A program made the position numbers and the translations under genes. The notes beneath the pieces were generated by a model, which saw nothing but the letters and a program-made list of their open reading frames with translations, had not been told where the DNA came from and made no database searches. Below, one piece after another: positions 15,118 to 25,069 of a stretch of 53,897 nt of DNA. The first letter of the stretch is position 1. Every line of letters begins with the position of its first letter. Source of the DNA: a virus (taxonomy: Duplodnaviria; Caudoviricetes); the IMG/VR virus record IMGVR_UViG_3300013094_000063, positions 1 to 53,897 of that record; one strand, written 5' to 3'.

Positions 15118-16236
15118 TTATTCAGGGACGTTGATCCAGTTTTGTAGGGTTTGATTTGGGCTGTATTCTGGTACTACGTTGCTCAATGATTGATAATATG
15201 AAGTGACATTACCAGTAATATCCCTAGTTTGAGGAATAGGATATACCATTACGGCATCCCAGCGATTCTGTCCTATACTGTTGTCATAGATTATCCTAAA
15301 TCTACGGACATGTTGATCATCTCCTGCCAGCTGAGGATTTGGCAATCCGGAAGGAGTATATACCATCACACTGACTTCGCTGCCTACAGAGAATCCCGAT
15401 TGATCTATAAGGTCAACAAACGGAACCTGCTGGGCATTTACTGGAGGAAAAGCCATGGTCAATAGTCGCTGTATAGCAGGATTCTGAGATGTTATCAATT
15501 GATTATAATCATAAGGATTGATAGGATCACCAGGAACCGGAGCATACTGCGGAAATAATGACGCTAGATTTACTGATAAGCTGAGACCTTTGTTCACTAT
15601 GCTACCACTATAGTGGATGTCTTTGAATATTGTTAATCCTGCTACTACAGACTGCTGAGTACTGGTACCAAAATAGGTTAAAGAATCAGAACTGCTCATA
15701 AGGAAAGGCGTACTACTGATCAGGCCAATCACCGTACCGTAGTTTTCTAGTAATGTCACGTTCTGTGTTATTCCGTTGACATCTTTGACTGGAGCTGTAG
15801 GTAATACCCAACCTTCTCCGCCTATCGATGCACTGAAAGCAGGACCTATGATCCAGGTAGCTGTGCTGGCATTGGGTTTGATATGTAGTTGTTTATTGAT
15901 CTGATCGAACCAAAAATCACCTATTCCTAGATTGGTAGGCAGATTAGGATTGATTTCTGCTCCTATGACATTTCTCCAACCGAGGGCAGTGTCGAATATG
16001 TTCAACTGGCTGTTTACAGTATCATACCAAAGTTGACCAGGAAGAGGATTGATTGGTTTATCTTGGGGAGTACTAGAGCTATTACTCAGTACCGTGACGA
16101 AATTTTCATTGATATATTGCCCATAACTGGCAACATTTTTACCTACTAGGGTAAGATTGGTTGTAACCTTATCAACAGTGCCATCTGCTATGATTGATAA
16201 TATGGTGCCGTCGGAGTTGTATATTGTATATGACAT
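15118..16236 (-). CDS. Tail fibre/baseplate-appendage protein (paralogous N-terminal module)
   Basis: LTLVGKNVASYGQYINENF...GQLWYD...GDFWFD. Confidence 0.78.
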   Translation of the reverse strand: MSYTIYNSDGTILSIIADGTVDKVTTNLTLVGKNVASYGQYINENFVTVLSNSSSTPQDKPINPLPGQLWYDTVNSQLNIFDTALGWRNVIGAEINPNLPTNLGIGDFWFDQINKQLHIKPNASTATWIIGPAFSASIGGEGWVLPTAPVKDVNGITQNVTLLENYGTVIGLISSTPFLMSSSDSLTYFGTSTQQSVVAGLTIFKDIHYSGSIVNKGLSLSVNLASLFPQYAPVPGDPINPYDYNQLITSQNPAIQRLLTMAFPPVNAQQVPFVDLIDQSGFSVGSEVSVMVYTPSGLPNPQLAGDDQHVRRFRIIYDNSIGQNRWDAVMVYPIPQTRDITGNVTSYYQSLSNVVPEYSPNQTLQNWINVPE

Positions 16237-16243
16237 AGTTTAA

Positions 16244-16251
16244 TATTTATC
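16244..16251 (-). promoter_or_regulatory. Late-type promoter box GATAAATA
   Basis: Intergenic TATTTATC on + strand, 7 nt upstream of ATG 16236. Confidence 0.7.
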
Positions 16252-16254
16252 CAG

Positions 16255-18024
16255 CTACCAGGTTCCTTGTACGACCACTATGCCAGGATATCCATTACCT
16301 GCACAGCCATCGGCTCCGTCTTGATTACTTCCCCCTCCACCGCCACCGGAACCGTAATAAGAAGCTGATTTGCCGTTGCTTCCGCCGCCTCCTACCCCCC
16401 CGACATTACCGCTGATCCCGGCATGACGTCCACCAGCACCGCCTGCGGCCACTGACTGTTGTAAAATTGCACTCAGTATTCCGTCCCCGCCTCGGCCAGA
16501 ACGCGAATTAGATGCAGGTGGACTGTTGGCATTTTGTCCTGGAGCACCAGCTCCGCCGCCTCCACCACCCGAATCATATGAAGCGCCATTAGTAGATCCA
16601 GATCCTCCGGGATTACCTTGAGGACCTCCAGGAGCTCCTGATTGAGTACCTGTATCACCGCCGGCTGCCCCACCACCACCGCTGGCATTGGTAGGGACAG
16701 GACCTTGGTAGATGCCACCTCCACCTCCGCCGCCATAGGCTGTATACCCGAATGCTGAAGAGCAACCACCTGTGGCTCCTCGATTGCCGGTGCTTTTGCC
16801 AGAACCACCACCGCCGGCTCCTACGGTAATAGTATAGGGAGTATTTGGAGTCACGCTGAAACACAGCAGTTCTACCACTCCGGCAGCACCGCCACCACCC
16901 CCACCTCCTTGATTGTCGCCACTACAGCTACCGGTTCCACCGCCTCCGCCGCCACCTACTATCAGGATATTGACCTTTCCAACTAGTGATGGAGGTGCTG
17001 TCCAGGTATCACTGCTGGTAAATTTCAAGGTCTGTGTCACAGGAAAATAAGCGTGAGCACCGTAGAATTCTTTTAGGCTGATAGGCCTATTCCTACAATG
17101 CGGTGGTCCACAAGGTGTCCACGGATGTGGATATGTACTGTAGGGGTTGGCATCACTTCCTCCTACCCAATAGGCTCTGAGATTAGAATCAGCTCCTTGG
17201 AATTCTGCCTGTATCTGTTTCAAAGATATGGTTCCGGTAGTCTGTAGTGCAGGTCCTTTATATAGCGGAGTAAGTGTGCCAGGGGCTGTGAATACGTGTA
17301 CAGTTTTTCCACCATGGCTGGTGGCATTACCACCTGAAAATAAACTAGATCCGGAATAGGCTACAGCTACGATTCCGGATCCGCCTGCACTGTAAGCACC
17401 GCCTCCGCCACCTGTTCCGGGAGTTCCAGAAGTTCCTGCAGGTCCACCTCCACCAGATCCTCCCGATCCAGGATAACTACCACCATGACCGTTCCAAGTT
17501 CCTATCCCGCCACCGCCTCCACCTACTGTGAATACATAGCCGCTACAGCCTAGATCGACTGATACTCCGTCACCCCCAGCACCGCCATAGAACCCATTTC
17601 CCCAAGAACCGCCACAACCGCCGGCTCCACCGCCGCCTCCACCGGCCCATACACAACCCCAACGCCCGTGTCCTGTACCTCCCGGATTACCTTGCCCGGC
17701 TGTACCGCAGCCTCCACTCCAACAATTAGATGCACCTTCATCGCCTATCTGGGCCCATCCGCCGCCCCCACCAGAAGCACCGGGATTTCCATTCTGTAAT
17801 GTTCCGCCCCCATTGCCGCCGCCGGATGCTGTGATGCCAAAAACAGAACTAGATCCGGCAGCAGTGCCGCCAGATGCTCCATTTCCTACCGAGATATTAA
17901 ATGCCTGAGTGCTACAGATGACAGTACACCCATGGATGACTCCACCAGCTCCACCGCCGCCAGCACTGCCGGCTCCGCCACCGCCTACTATGAGATAATA
18001 AACTTTCGTTGATACAGCGGTCAT
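16255..18024 (-). CDS. Glycine-rich tail adhesin-like protein (two polyglycine domains)
   Basis: Two domains each starting YLIVGGGG/ILIVGGGG and ending GSGIVAV/YPGIVVV, joined by TGTISLKQIQAEF...PISLKEFYG. Confidence 0.78.
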   Translation of the reverse strand: MTAVSTKVYYLIVGGGGAGSAGGGGAGGVIHGCTVICSTQAFNISVGNGASGGTAAGSSSVFGITASGGGNGGGTLQNGNPGASGGGGGWAQIGDEGASNCWSGGCGTAGQGNPGGTGHGRWGCVWAGGGGGGAGGCGGSWGNGFYGGAGGDGVSVDLGCSGYVFTVGGGGGGIGTWNGHGGSYPGSGGSGGGGPAGTSGTPGTGGGGGAYSAGGSGIVAVAYSGSSLFSGGNATSHGGKTVHVFTAPGTLTPLYKGPALQTTGTISLKQIQAEFQGADSNLRAYWVGGSDANPYSTYPHPWTPCGPPHCRNRPISLKEFYGAHAYFPVTQTLKFTSSDTWTAPPSLVGKVNILIVGGGGGGGTGSCSGDNQGGGGGGGAAGVVELLCFSVTPNTPYTITVGAGGGGSGKSTGNRGATGGCSSAFGYTAYGGGGGGGIYQGPVPTNASGGGGAAGGDTGTQSGAPGGPQGNPGGSGSTNGASYDSGGGGGGAGAPGQNANSPPASNSRSGRGGDGILSAILQQSVAAGGAGGRHAGISGNVGGVGGGGSNGKSASYYGSGGGGGGSNQDGADGCAGNGYPGIVVVQGTW

Positions 18025-18027
18025 AGA

Positions 18028-20349
18028 TTATCCTATACGACGTTTTAATTCGTCTATCTGTAGTTGTTGTTCTTTAATAGCTTCAACTAATAGACCTATT
18101 AGAGCATTATACCCAATACCTAAAAATCCTGTAGCATCATTGACTGATACTATTTCAGGAATCACAGCCTCTACTTCCTGTGCGATCAATCCCAGGCTGG
18201 CCTTGCCGCCTTTTTTATAATTGAAACTCACTCCACGCAGGGCTAGAGTTTTAGCCAGTGCATCGGTGATGGTCTCTATGTTGTCTTTTATCTCACGATC
18301 TGATCCGGCTACCACATCACCCGATAAGGTAAGAGTTTGATTGAGATAGTTATAGGTCATACCTGTATCGCCTGCGAGTTCAGAACCTGCACCTTGACCA
18401 TAGGCTACCTGACCTGCTGTTAAACCTACAGCACTGTCCCATTCTGGAGTCGTGCCATTTGATTTTAGGTATTTGCCTGTGGTACCGATCGATAAGAACG
18501 TGGTAACACCACTGGCTGACTGATACGCTAGACTACCTCCAGCACCCCCTGAGAGATTTGAAGCGGTACTGACTGATAGAGTATTTCCATTCTTGAACCC
18601 TGTCTGTCCTGCTCCGGTCTGCACTACAAAATATCCAGCTGATCCACCGGCGATATTAGTAGCAGTATTCACTGATATCTGGCTAGCAGTTAAAAATCCT
18701 GTCTGATTGATTCCTATCTGGTAAGGGAATGTGTTGATCGGTCCTATTAAATTGCCAGCATAGGTAGCAGTGGCAACACTTAGATTGGTACCATTGACAA
18801 ATCCTGTTTGATTAGCATTGATCTGTACGACAAATTGACCAGCTGATCCACCTATAATGTTATTGGTATTGTCACTGTAGCCTACACGAGTAGAACTGGT
18901 AGTTTGGAAATAGGGAGCTTGATTACCTCCACTGATCAATAGGCTTGACCCAGTCGATGCTGTAGAAACAAATCCAGTAGTGCCTGTCGATATCTGATAT
19001 ACCAATTGACCAGGAGCTCCTCCATAGATGTTGTCTGTTGAACCGGCTACGAATAATTCATAGTGAATAGATCCACCCACATATAAATTGCCGCCGATTC
19101 CAACACCGCCTTTTACTATCAATGCACCTGTCTGTGTAGACACCGACGGTGCTGATGAATTGATCTGAACACTGCCTTTGCCTAGTCTGGTATTCAACTG
19201 TATATTGCCATAACCGTAATCTGGATTGCGATCGTTAAGCAATATTAGATCGTTGTTTGATTTGTAAATCTGTATCTTGCCCTTGCTGGTTCCATAGGTA
19301 TCATCGCTGGATGTCAGCACTATGCCATCAGTATTTTGGAAGAACACACGACCTGTGATGACCTGACCTTGGCCTGGAATATCTCCACCCGCTACATCAT
19401 CTTTGATAAGGAATCGATCAGTTGGTACTCTCAGTGTCAGTGCACCTGGATATAGATTTAGTGCGTCTGCTGAAAAAGCAGTTCCCCAGAATTTACCCAG
19501 GGTAGTCATATTGGTACCGGTATTCAATAGGGAATTAAAATTAGGTATTACAGGATTAGGATAGAAACTATCAGCGGTATCTATAGAGACAGTGACATTT
19601 TCTATCTTATGCTCTATTATCCAATGTAGATTGCCTGCACTGTCTGAAACTAATTTTGGAAAACTTCCTGTAGTTACAGCAGGGTTGATGGGAGCATAGA
19701 AAGAATATACACCGCCCGGAGCAAGAGAATTTAAAGGCTGACTTAGTTGTACAGCACCGCTAGATGCTGTAGATAATACCACAGTTTCTGGAGACACCGC
19801 AGGTCCTACGCAGAGATCTAATCTAGATATAGATCCTATCACAGAAGGAGATACATATAAGGTACTGGTTCCGGCTATGGGAGTGATCGTGGTTGATGTG
19901 CTGGGATTGATATTATACTGAGCCTGTGTTCCGCCTATCTGTTCCCAAGTACCATTGCTGGCATATAGACTTAAGAGATTATTATGTGTATCCACCCATA
20001 AATCACCGGGCTGGACATTGGTATTAGTTGACAAGCTGGGATCTGTGCCCTGTTGCCATACTCCGTTCGTTGGGGACCATCGTTGTCCACCTGTCACGGT
20101 ATTGACTTTTAATTTGTTATTGGCATTGTCATACCAGAGCTGACCTCGGATGGCATGAGATGGTGGATTTGAGTTAGAGAAGTTTTCTAATAGATGTAGG
20201 AAATTTTCTGCTATCTTCTGTCCATAATTAGGATAACCACGACCTACTAGACTTAGGTCAGTATCAGTGGTATTGATACCAGGCGGCATATCTGGTACTG
20301 TGATAAATGTGCTTGTAGTAGGATCAGAAAATTTTATCGTATATGACAT
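18028..20349 (-). CDS. Tail fibre with C-terminal S74-type intramolecular chaperone
   Basis: Shared N-terminal module; GALIVKGGVGIGGNLYVGG; C-terminal SDREIKDNI...LRGVSF...GLIAQEVE..IPEIV...LVEAIKEQ. Confidence 0.88.
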   Translation of the reverse strand: MSYTIKFSDPTTSTFITVPDMPPGINTTDTDLSLVGRGYPNYGQKIAENFLHLLENFSNSNPPSHAIRGQLWYDNANNKLKVNTVTGGQRWSPTNGVWQQGTDPSLSTNTNVQPGDLWVDTHNNLLSLYASNGTWEQIGGTQAQYNINPSTSTTITPIAGTSTLYVSPSVIGSISRLDLCVGPAVSPETVVLSTASSGAVQLSQPLNSLAPGGVYSFYAPINPAVTTGSFPKLVSDSAGNLHWIIEHKIENVTVSIDTADSFYPNPVIPNFNSLLNTGTNMTTLGKFWGTAFSADALNLYPGALTLRVPTDRFLIKDDVAGGDIPGQGQVITGRVFFQNTDGIVLTSSDDTYGTSKGKIQIYKSNNDLILLNDRNPDYGYGNIQLNTRLGKGSVQINSSAPSVSTQTGALIVKGGVGIGGNLYVGGSIHYELFVAGSTDNIYGGAPGQLVYQISTGTTGFVSTASTGSSLLISGGNQAPYFQTTSSTRVGYSDNTNNIIGGSAGQFVVQINANQTGFVNGTNLSVATATYAGNLIGPINTFPYQIGINQTGFLTASQISVNTATNIAGGSAGYFVVQTGAGQTGFKNGNTLSVSTASNLSGGAGGSLAYQSASGVTTFLSIGTTGKYLKSNGTTPEWDSAVGLTAGQVAYGQGAGSELAGDTGMTYNYLNQTLTLSGDVVAGSDREIKDNIETITDALAKTLALRGVSFNYKKGGKASLGLIAQEVEAVIPEIVSVNDATGFLGIGYNALIGLLVEAIKEQQLQIDELKRRIG
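18496..19035 (-). repeat. Five degenerate intragenic repeats N(I/L)xGGxAGxxxxQxxxxxTGF
   Basis: NIYGGAPGQLVYQ, NIIGGSAGQFVVQ, NLIGPINTFPYQ, NIAGGSAGYFVVQ, NLSGGAGGSLAYQ in the translation. Confidence 0.8.
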
Positions 20350-20351
20350 CG

Positions 20352-20978
20352 TTAGATTCCAGCTGTTAGACTTTGTATTCTTATCGTATAATCAATCTGT
20401 ATCATTCGATTCAATGATTTCTGCACAGGATGGAATATGACATGGGTCAATAGATTTCCCATATCAGCTCCGTCTGGGCTATAGGCTTTGAGACCTAATT
20501 CATCAAAGACAAATTGTCCATCTGTGGTTGTAGCATTATCATAGGCCTGCTGACCATTCGGTTCGCCAAAATCTAGCAAACAGCTGATCAATACATCACT
20601 GTAAGGAGCTCCTGCTATGTGTCGTACCTGCATAAAATTGCGAGCAGGATCTAGATCTGCCGGGCTTGCGGCATCTACATTCTTATAGTAGGTTTCGTTG
20701 TATAGACTAGCACCTGTGCCTATGACATTGGGAGTGAGATAAGTTATGATACCTGTTTGATCTATGCGTGTTCCGCCATTGCCGAATACCATTTCTGATA
20801 TAAATCCCTGTCCTTGATTACTGACAGCATTGGCCAATGCTATAGAAAAATTCTCGTGATGTATGGCATTGGGTTTATCTATATAGACTTCTTTTGTCTC
20901 GGGATCAAATATTTTTATATGTCCCCTGATGTTTACTCCGCCTAGTTCGTTTGGTTTATTCATTTTATCCTGTTCCAT
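20352..20978 (-). CDS. Virion structural protein (baseplate/tail region)
   Basis: 208 aa within the structural block, behind a late promoter; FDELGL...LTHVIFHPVQKSLNR.IQIDYTIRI. Confidence 0.75.
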   Translation of the reverse strand: MEQDKMNKPNELGGVNIRGHIKIFDPETKEVYIDKPNAIHHENFSIALANAVSNQGQGFISEMVFGNGGTRIDQTGIITYLTPNVIGTGASLYNETYYKNVDAASPADLDPARNFMQVRHIAGAPYSDVLISCLLDFGEPNGQQAYDNATTTDGQFVFDELGLKAYSPDGADMGNLLTHVIFHPVQKSLNRMIQIDYTIRIQSLTAGI

Positions 20979-20983
20979 AGCAA

Positions 20984-20991
20984 TATTTATA
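20984..20991 (-). promoter_or_regulatory. Late promoter TATAAATA
   Basis: TATTTATA on + strand, intergenic. Confidence 0.75.
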
Positions 20992-20997
20992 CGGCTA

Positions 20998-23900
20998 TTA
21001 TAGCCCTAGTTTAGACTTGAGCAGTGCGATATCTGCAGCCATCTGATCGATAATAGCCTGCTGTTCTTTGACAGCTTCGATCAGCAAAGGCGTCAATTTC
21101 TCATATCGGATAGCTAGATAGCCATCGCCCTTGTCGTAGACTACTTCGGGCAATATCGCCTGGACATCCTGTGCAATAAGTCCTATATCATTTGGCAAGG
21201 CTGAAGCGGTGATCTTTGACAGATAATCTGCTGTCCAATCATAGGTCACGCCTGTCAAGGCCTTTACAGTACCTAGAGCACTCTGTATAGGTTGGATATT
21301 TTCCTTCAATCTCCTATCACTACTGCCATAGTATGCTGTGATATTGCCCACAGAGGAGATGTCATTGTTAAACTGCCATAATCCTGTACTATCAATTTTC
21401 AATGCCGCCCACTCGGCATTACCGGCCGTGTTGACTATCTGTAATCTAGCGAATCCAGTCGTAGCATTTCCATGGATTCTAACAGCACCAGTACTTCCAA
21501 TATTGGGTGTAGTTACATCAATAATTCCGTTAACCGTTAAACCGGCAAATGTCGGAGTGTCGCTTGTACCAACTGATTGACCGATACTGATCACACCGGT
21601 ACTGTTATTATAGCTAACTCCTGTTCCGGCACTTAGAGAACTCAGAGTTATATATGATGATAGGTTAGGGGGAGTAAATGTAAAGACTCCATTGCCGGTA
21701 TTATAACTTAGACTTCCGCTGCCGCTGGCCGAAGCTGTCGACACACTGAGCGAGCTGGATGTAATATAGTGAGCATCATTAGTAAACCCACTGACAGCTG
21801 AAGGAGTTGTATAACTGATGACCCCAGTACCAGAGTCATAACTCAGATTACCACTGACACTAATAGCACCTCTAGCCAAGGCATTAGAAAAATATTTATT
21901 AGTACTGCCCTGTTGCAACGAGTCTGTGTTATGATTAGCTATACTAGATATCTGTCCTGTAATAGTATTAACTGCTGTGAGACTAGTTCCATTAAAGGTT
22001 AAATTACTGCTGTCCTGCAATAGTCCACCTGCTCCCGCATAGGTGACTCTCCCAGAGGTCAGTGCAGAATCAGTTATATTTGTAGTGGTGAATGCACCAC
22101 TTATACGTATTCCGCTTCCAGCATTTATAGATCCCCCAACGTATAATGAACCGCCAATACCAGCACCGCCAGCAACCTGTAGATCGCCAGAAGTTGCATT
22201 TCCTTGATTAGCAGTATTGCCTGCTAGATAGACAGCACCTGTCTTGAATGTACCATAATTAGCACCATAGAATGTTCCAGTAGATGCTTCAGCTCCTGTA
22301 TTATACCATTCTAGATACTTAGTGTCATTGGCCAGGACCAATGCCGCATTTTCATCACCCATCCCATTGATATAGTAGTGGAATCGGAATCCTATATCTC
22401 TGCCATCGTCTATTGCCCAGTTTGAATAAACTCCACTAGGCGGGGTGTGTAGTTCTATAATGTTATCTGTATAATAGGAATTAGTACTTAAGACTGAAGT
22501 CGCTGTTCCGCTGACTGTTAGGCTACCATTGATAGTTACGTTACTTCTAATAGTTGTTTGGCCGCCCGTCTTTGCCATCTCGATCAAAGAAGCATTGCCA
22601 AAAGCACTGACTGTGGTGATGTTTGTATCGAATAGTGTCAGTGTTCCATTGTTGGTACTGGCCAAGGTTGGATTTGTACCATTTATATTTAAGTTGGTTC
22701 CATTGGTCAGCGTTAAGGTTGGATTAGCTATGGTCAATGAACCAGTGGCTGCTCCTATGCTAATAGCGGTTGCCGCACCAAAAGCACTCACTGATGTAGG
22801 AACTGTGTTCCATAGACTCTGAGTATATCTAACCCCTTCTACAGTAGGACTGGCTATGATAGTCTGTGATCCATTTGCTTGATTACCTATATTAACCGTT
22901 GTAGCATTGCCAAAGGCATTCACCGTCGTGGTAGGATTGGTATTGATTAGATTTACAGTAGATTGATCGCTAGTAATATTGCTACCGTGTATGTTTAGAT
23001 CACCATTGTCTTTCAACTGCAATAAGGTATTTAGATAAGCAGAATCGACTATCTGTAGAGACCCCACACTGTCTACTCGGAAGAATTTATTGGGATTAGT
23101 TGCTCCGACACCAGTATTCTGTACACGTAAAAAGTCTTGATAACCCGGCCCCCCTCTAGTATCTGATCCCGCAATCTGCAGTACTGAATCACTGGCTCCA
23201 CTATAAGTCAATTTTAACATATTACCGATAGTGGTTGTTCCGCTAGTTGATCCTATGTTTAATGTCGTAGACTCTCCTGCAAAATTCACAGTGGTAGCTG
23301 TGGTGTTGACCAACGAGAAGTTGGTATTCATGGTATTGATACCTGCTACAGTCAATACACCATCGAGCCTGAAATTGCCCCCTATCGTGAGATTGCCATT
23401 GGCATCTATAGTGAGGTTAGGAGTAAATGTTCCGCCTGTGCGATCAGTAAAACTAGTTCCAGTACCAATCCGGAACTGTCTATTGTTGCTCTGTATGACT
23501 ACAGGTCCGGCGGCACCCGGGCCATCGCTATTGCCCATGGTAATATAGCTGGTACCTGCACCCGCTACTACGCCCGAACCTGCTAGACTGAAACTGCCTG
23601 GATTGACAGAAGTACCCGCTTGTCTGATATTAAAATCACTGGCTCCGTCAATGCTACCGCCACCTGTGGTAATCTTTCCATCCCATTGCATCCACATTGC
23701 TAACTGCGGACTGATAGAACCAGTAGGAGTGGTAAAAAATCTCATAGCTGTAGCACCAGAAGAATCTGTGTAGGATTCTCCACTGATAGCATCTATTCTA
23801 GCTAGACCTGAAAGATACTGTGTCGTGCCGCGTCCTCCTGCTGATAGTGTCAATAGGATAGATCCTGCAGGTGTAGCAGATGGAGAACCAGCTGTGCCGC

Positions 23901-25068
23901 CTGCGTGTACGGCTCCCAAGATATTAGAATAATTCGCCGAGCCGAACGAATTCATCACTATGCGATTAGGCTGACTATCTGCTCCTATGATCTGTAGTGC
24001 GGCTGGTGCATAAGGAGCCACGTTGGCAGTGTTTGCATTAGCATTGACTGTTAAGAGACTGTTAGGACGAACCACATTGATACCAACGTTGCCGTTCTCT
24101 ATAATCGTCAGTCTCTGTGTCCAGACTCCTAAACCTGCCTGTGCTACAGGTGCATTATCGAAGCTGAAAACACCTCCGGTTTCTGAAGGATCTATGTCTC
24201 CAACTATTCTCGTACCAGCATACAAGACATTAGTAGGAGAAGAAACCGTAGCGGCATATCGCTGATTTTCCCAATAGAGTCTAGAATCATCTAGAGCATA
24301 GATTCTTGAATAACTCTTAGCAATAATATTAGGGCTTGATATACGCAGTTTTCCTGCAACATCTAGAGCTTCTGCAGGAGTATTGGTAAGAATACCTATG
24401 TTGCCATTTGGTGTCATGGCGAGCTTGTGTGAGCCAACCTGAGATATATAAAAATTAGATCCACCAGCACTATTGGTGGTATCAATGTCTAGGGTAAGAT
24501 TTCCACCCGAAGCACCTAATTTATGTAGTATGGGATTATCTGCTTCTTCGAAGTATACCTGAGGACTAGTAGCGTCCTTGAGGTGCAGTGTTCCCAGTGT
24601 AGAGATAGTACCAATACCTACCTGTCCCATCACGGTGTTAAACACTATAGGATTGGTCCGTGATACGATAGCAGTTTGAGAAGATCCTGCTTGACCTACT
24701 CCTACAAAATATTCTATCGCTCGTGTAGGATCGGTAGAATCTGGCAGTGTGCTGGCGTTGATTATGTTGTTAGGTCCTGGAGATCCAACAGTTCCAGCAC
24801 TACCTGTATAGCCACGATCAACAGCATACCCAGAACTACCTGTATAACCAAAAGATCCAATATAACCGTGACTACCTGTATATCCTGGAACAGTGCTAGG
24901 AAGTCCTCGACTGCCCGTATAACCTGTGCTGCCTGTATATCCTGAATTACCTCTTAGCTGACCAGCTCCAGGAAACGGTAGGCGTTTGGCCACTTCATTA
25001 TCTACAGCCAGTAGATAAGTTCCGTCTGTCGCTGAAGTTAGTATAGGTAATTTTGTTATATCTGCCAT
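20998..25068 (-). CDS. Long tail fibre with collagen-like N-terminus and S74-type chaperone
   Basis: GYTGS repeats, GNVGI...P...L fibre repeats, C-terminal SDRRLKENI...GLIAQDVQ..LPEVV...YEKLTPLLIEAVKEQ. Confidence 0.9.
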   Translation of the reverse strand: MADITKLPILTSATDGTYLLAVDNEVAKRLPFPGAGQLRGNSGYTGSTGYTGSRGLPSTVPGYTGSHGYIGSFGYTGSSGYAVDRGYTGSAGTVGSPGPNNIINASTLPDSTDPTRAIEYFVGVGQAGSSQTAIVSRTNPIVFNTVMGQVGIGTISTLGTLHLKDATSPQVYFEEADNPILHKLGASGGNLTLDIDTTNSAGGSNFYISQVGSHKLAMTPNGNIGILTNTPAEALDVAGKLRISSPNIIAKSYSRIYALDDSRLYWENQRYAATVSSPTNVLYAGTRIVGDIDPSETGGVFSFDNAPVAQAGLGVWTQRLTIIENGNVGINVVRPNSLLTVNANANTANVAPYAPAALQIIGADSQPNRIVMNSFGSANYSNILGAVHAGGTAGSPSATPAGSILLTLSAGGRGTTQYLSGLARIDAISGESYTDSSGATAMRFFTTPTGSISPQLAMWMQWDGKITTGGGSIDGASDFNIRQAGTSVNPGSFSLAGSGVVAGAGTSYITMGNSDGPGAAGPVVIQSNNRQFRIGTGTSFTDRTGGTFTPNLTIDANGNLTIGGNFRLDGVLTVAGINTMNTNFSLVNTTATTVNFAGESTTLNIGSTSGTTTIGNMLKLTYSGASDSVLQIAGSDTRGGPGYQDFLRVQNTGVGATNPNKFFRVDSVGSLQIVDSAYLNTLLQLKDNGDLNIHGSNITSDQSTVNLINTNPTTTVNAFGNATTVNIGNQANGSQTIIASPTVEGVRYTQSLWNTVPTSVSAFGAATAISIGAATGSLTIANPTLTLTNGTNLNINGTNPTLASTNNGTLTLFDTNITTVSAFGNASLIEMAKTGGQTTIRSNVTINGSLTVSGTATSVLSTNSYYTDNIIELHTPPSGVYSNWAIDDGRDIGFRFHYYINGMGDENAALVLANDTKYLEWYNTGAEASTGTFYGANYGTFKTGAVYLAGNTANQGNATSGDLQVAGGAGIGGSLYVGGSINAGSGIRISGAFTTTNITDSALTSGRVTYAGAGGLLQDSSNLTFNGTSLTAVNTITGQISSIANHNTDSLQQGSTNKYFSNALARGAISVSGNLSYDSGTGVISYTTPSAVSGFTNDAHYITSSSLSVSTASASGSGSLSYNTGNGVFTFTPPNLSSYITLSSLSAGTGVSYNNSTGVISIGQSVGTSDTPTFAGLTVNGIIDVTTPNIGSTGAVRIHGNATTGFARLQIVNTAGNAEWAALKIDSTGLWQFNNDISSVGNITAYYGSSDRRLKENIQPIQSALGTVKALTGVTYDWTADYLSKITASALPNDIGLIAQDVQAILPEVVYDKGDGYLAIRYEKLTPLLIEAVKEQQAIIDQMAADIALLKSKLGL
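24772..24951 (-). repeat. Collagen-like (GYTGSx)n repeat
   Basis: GNSGYTGSTGYTGSRG...GYTGSHGYIGSFGYTGSSG...GYTGSAGTVGSPGP. Confidence 0.85.
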
Positions 25069-25069
25069 T

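Noticed and set aside
16255-18024. CCGCC/CCACC-rich stretch as a CRISPR array or non-coding repeat
   Set aside because: It is the reverse strand of glycine codons; there is no constant repeat-spacer period.
13880-25068. Diversity-generating retroelement or invertible fibre cassette
   Set aside because: No reverse transcriptase or invertase, and no near-identical nucleotide repeat pair noticed; a self dot-plot would be needed to exclude short ones.
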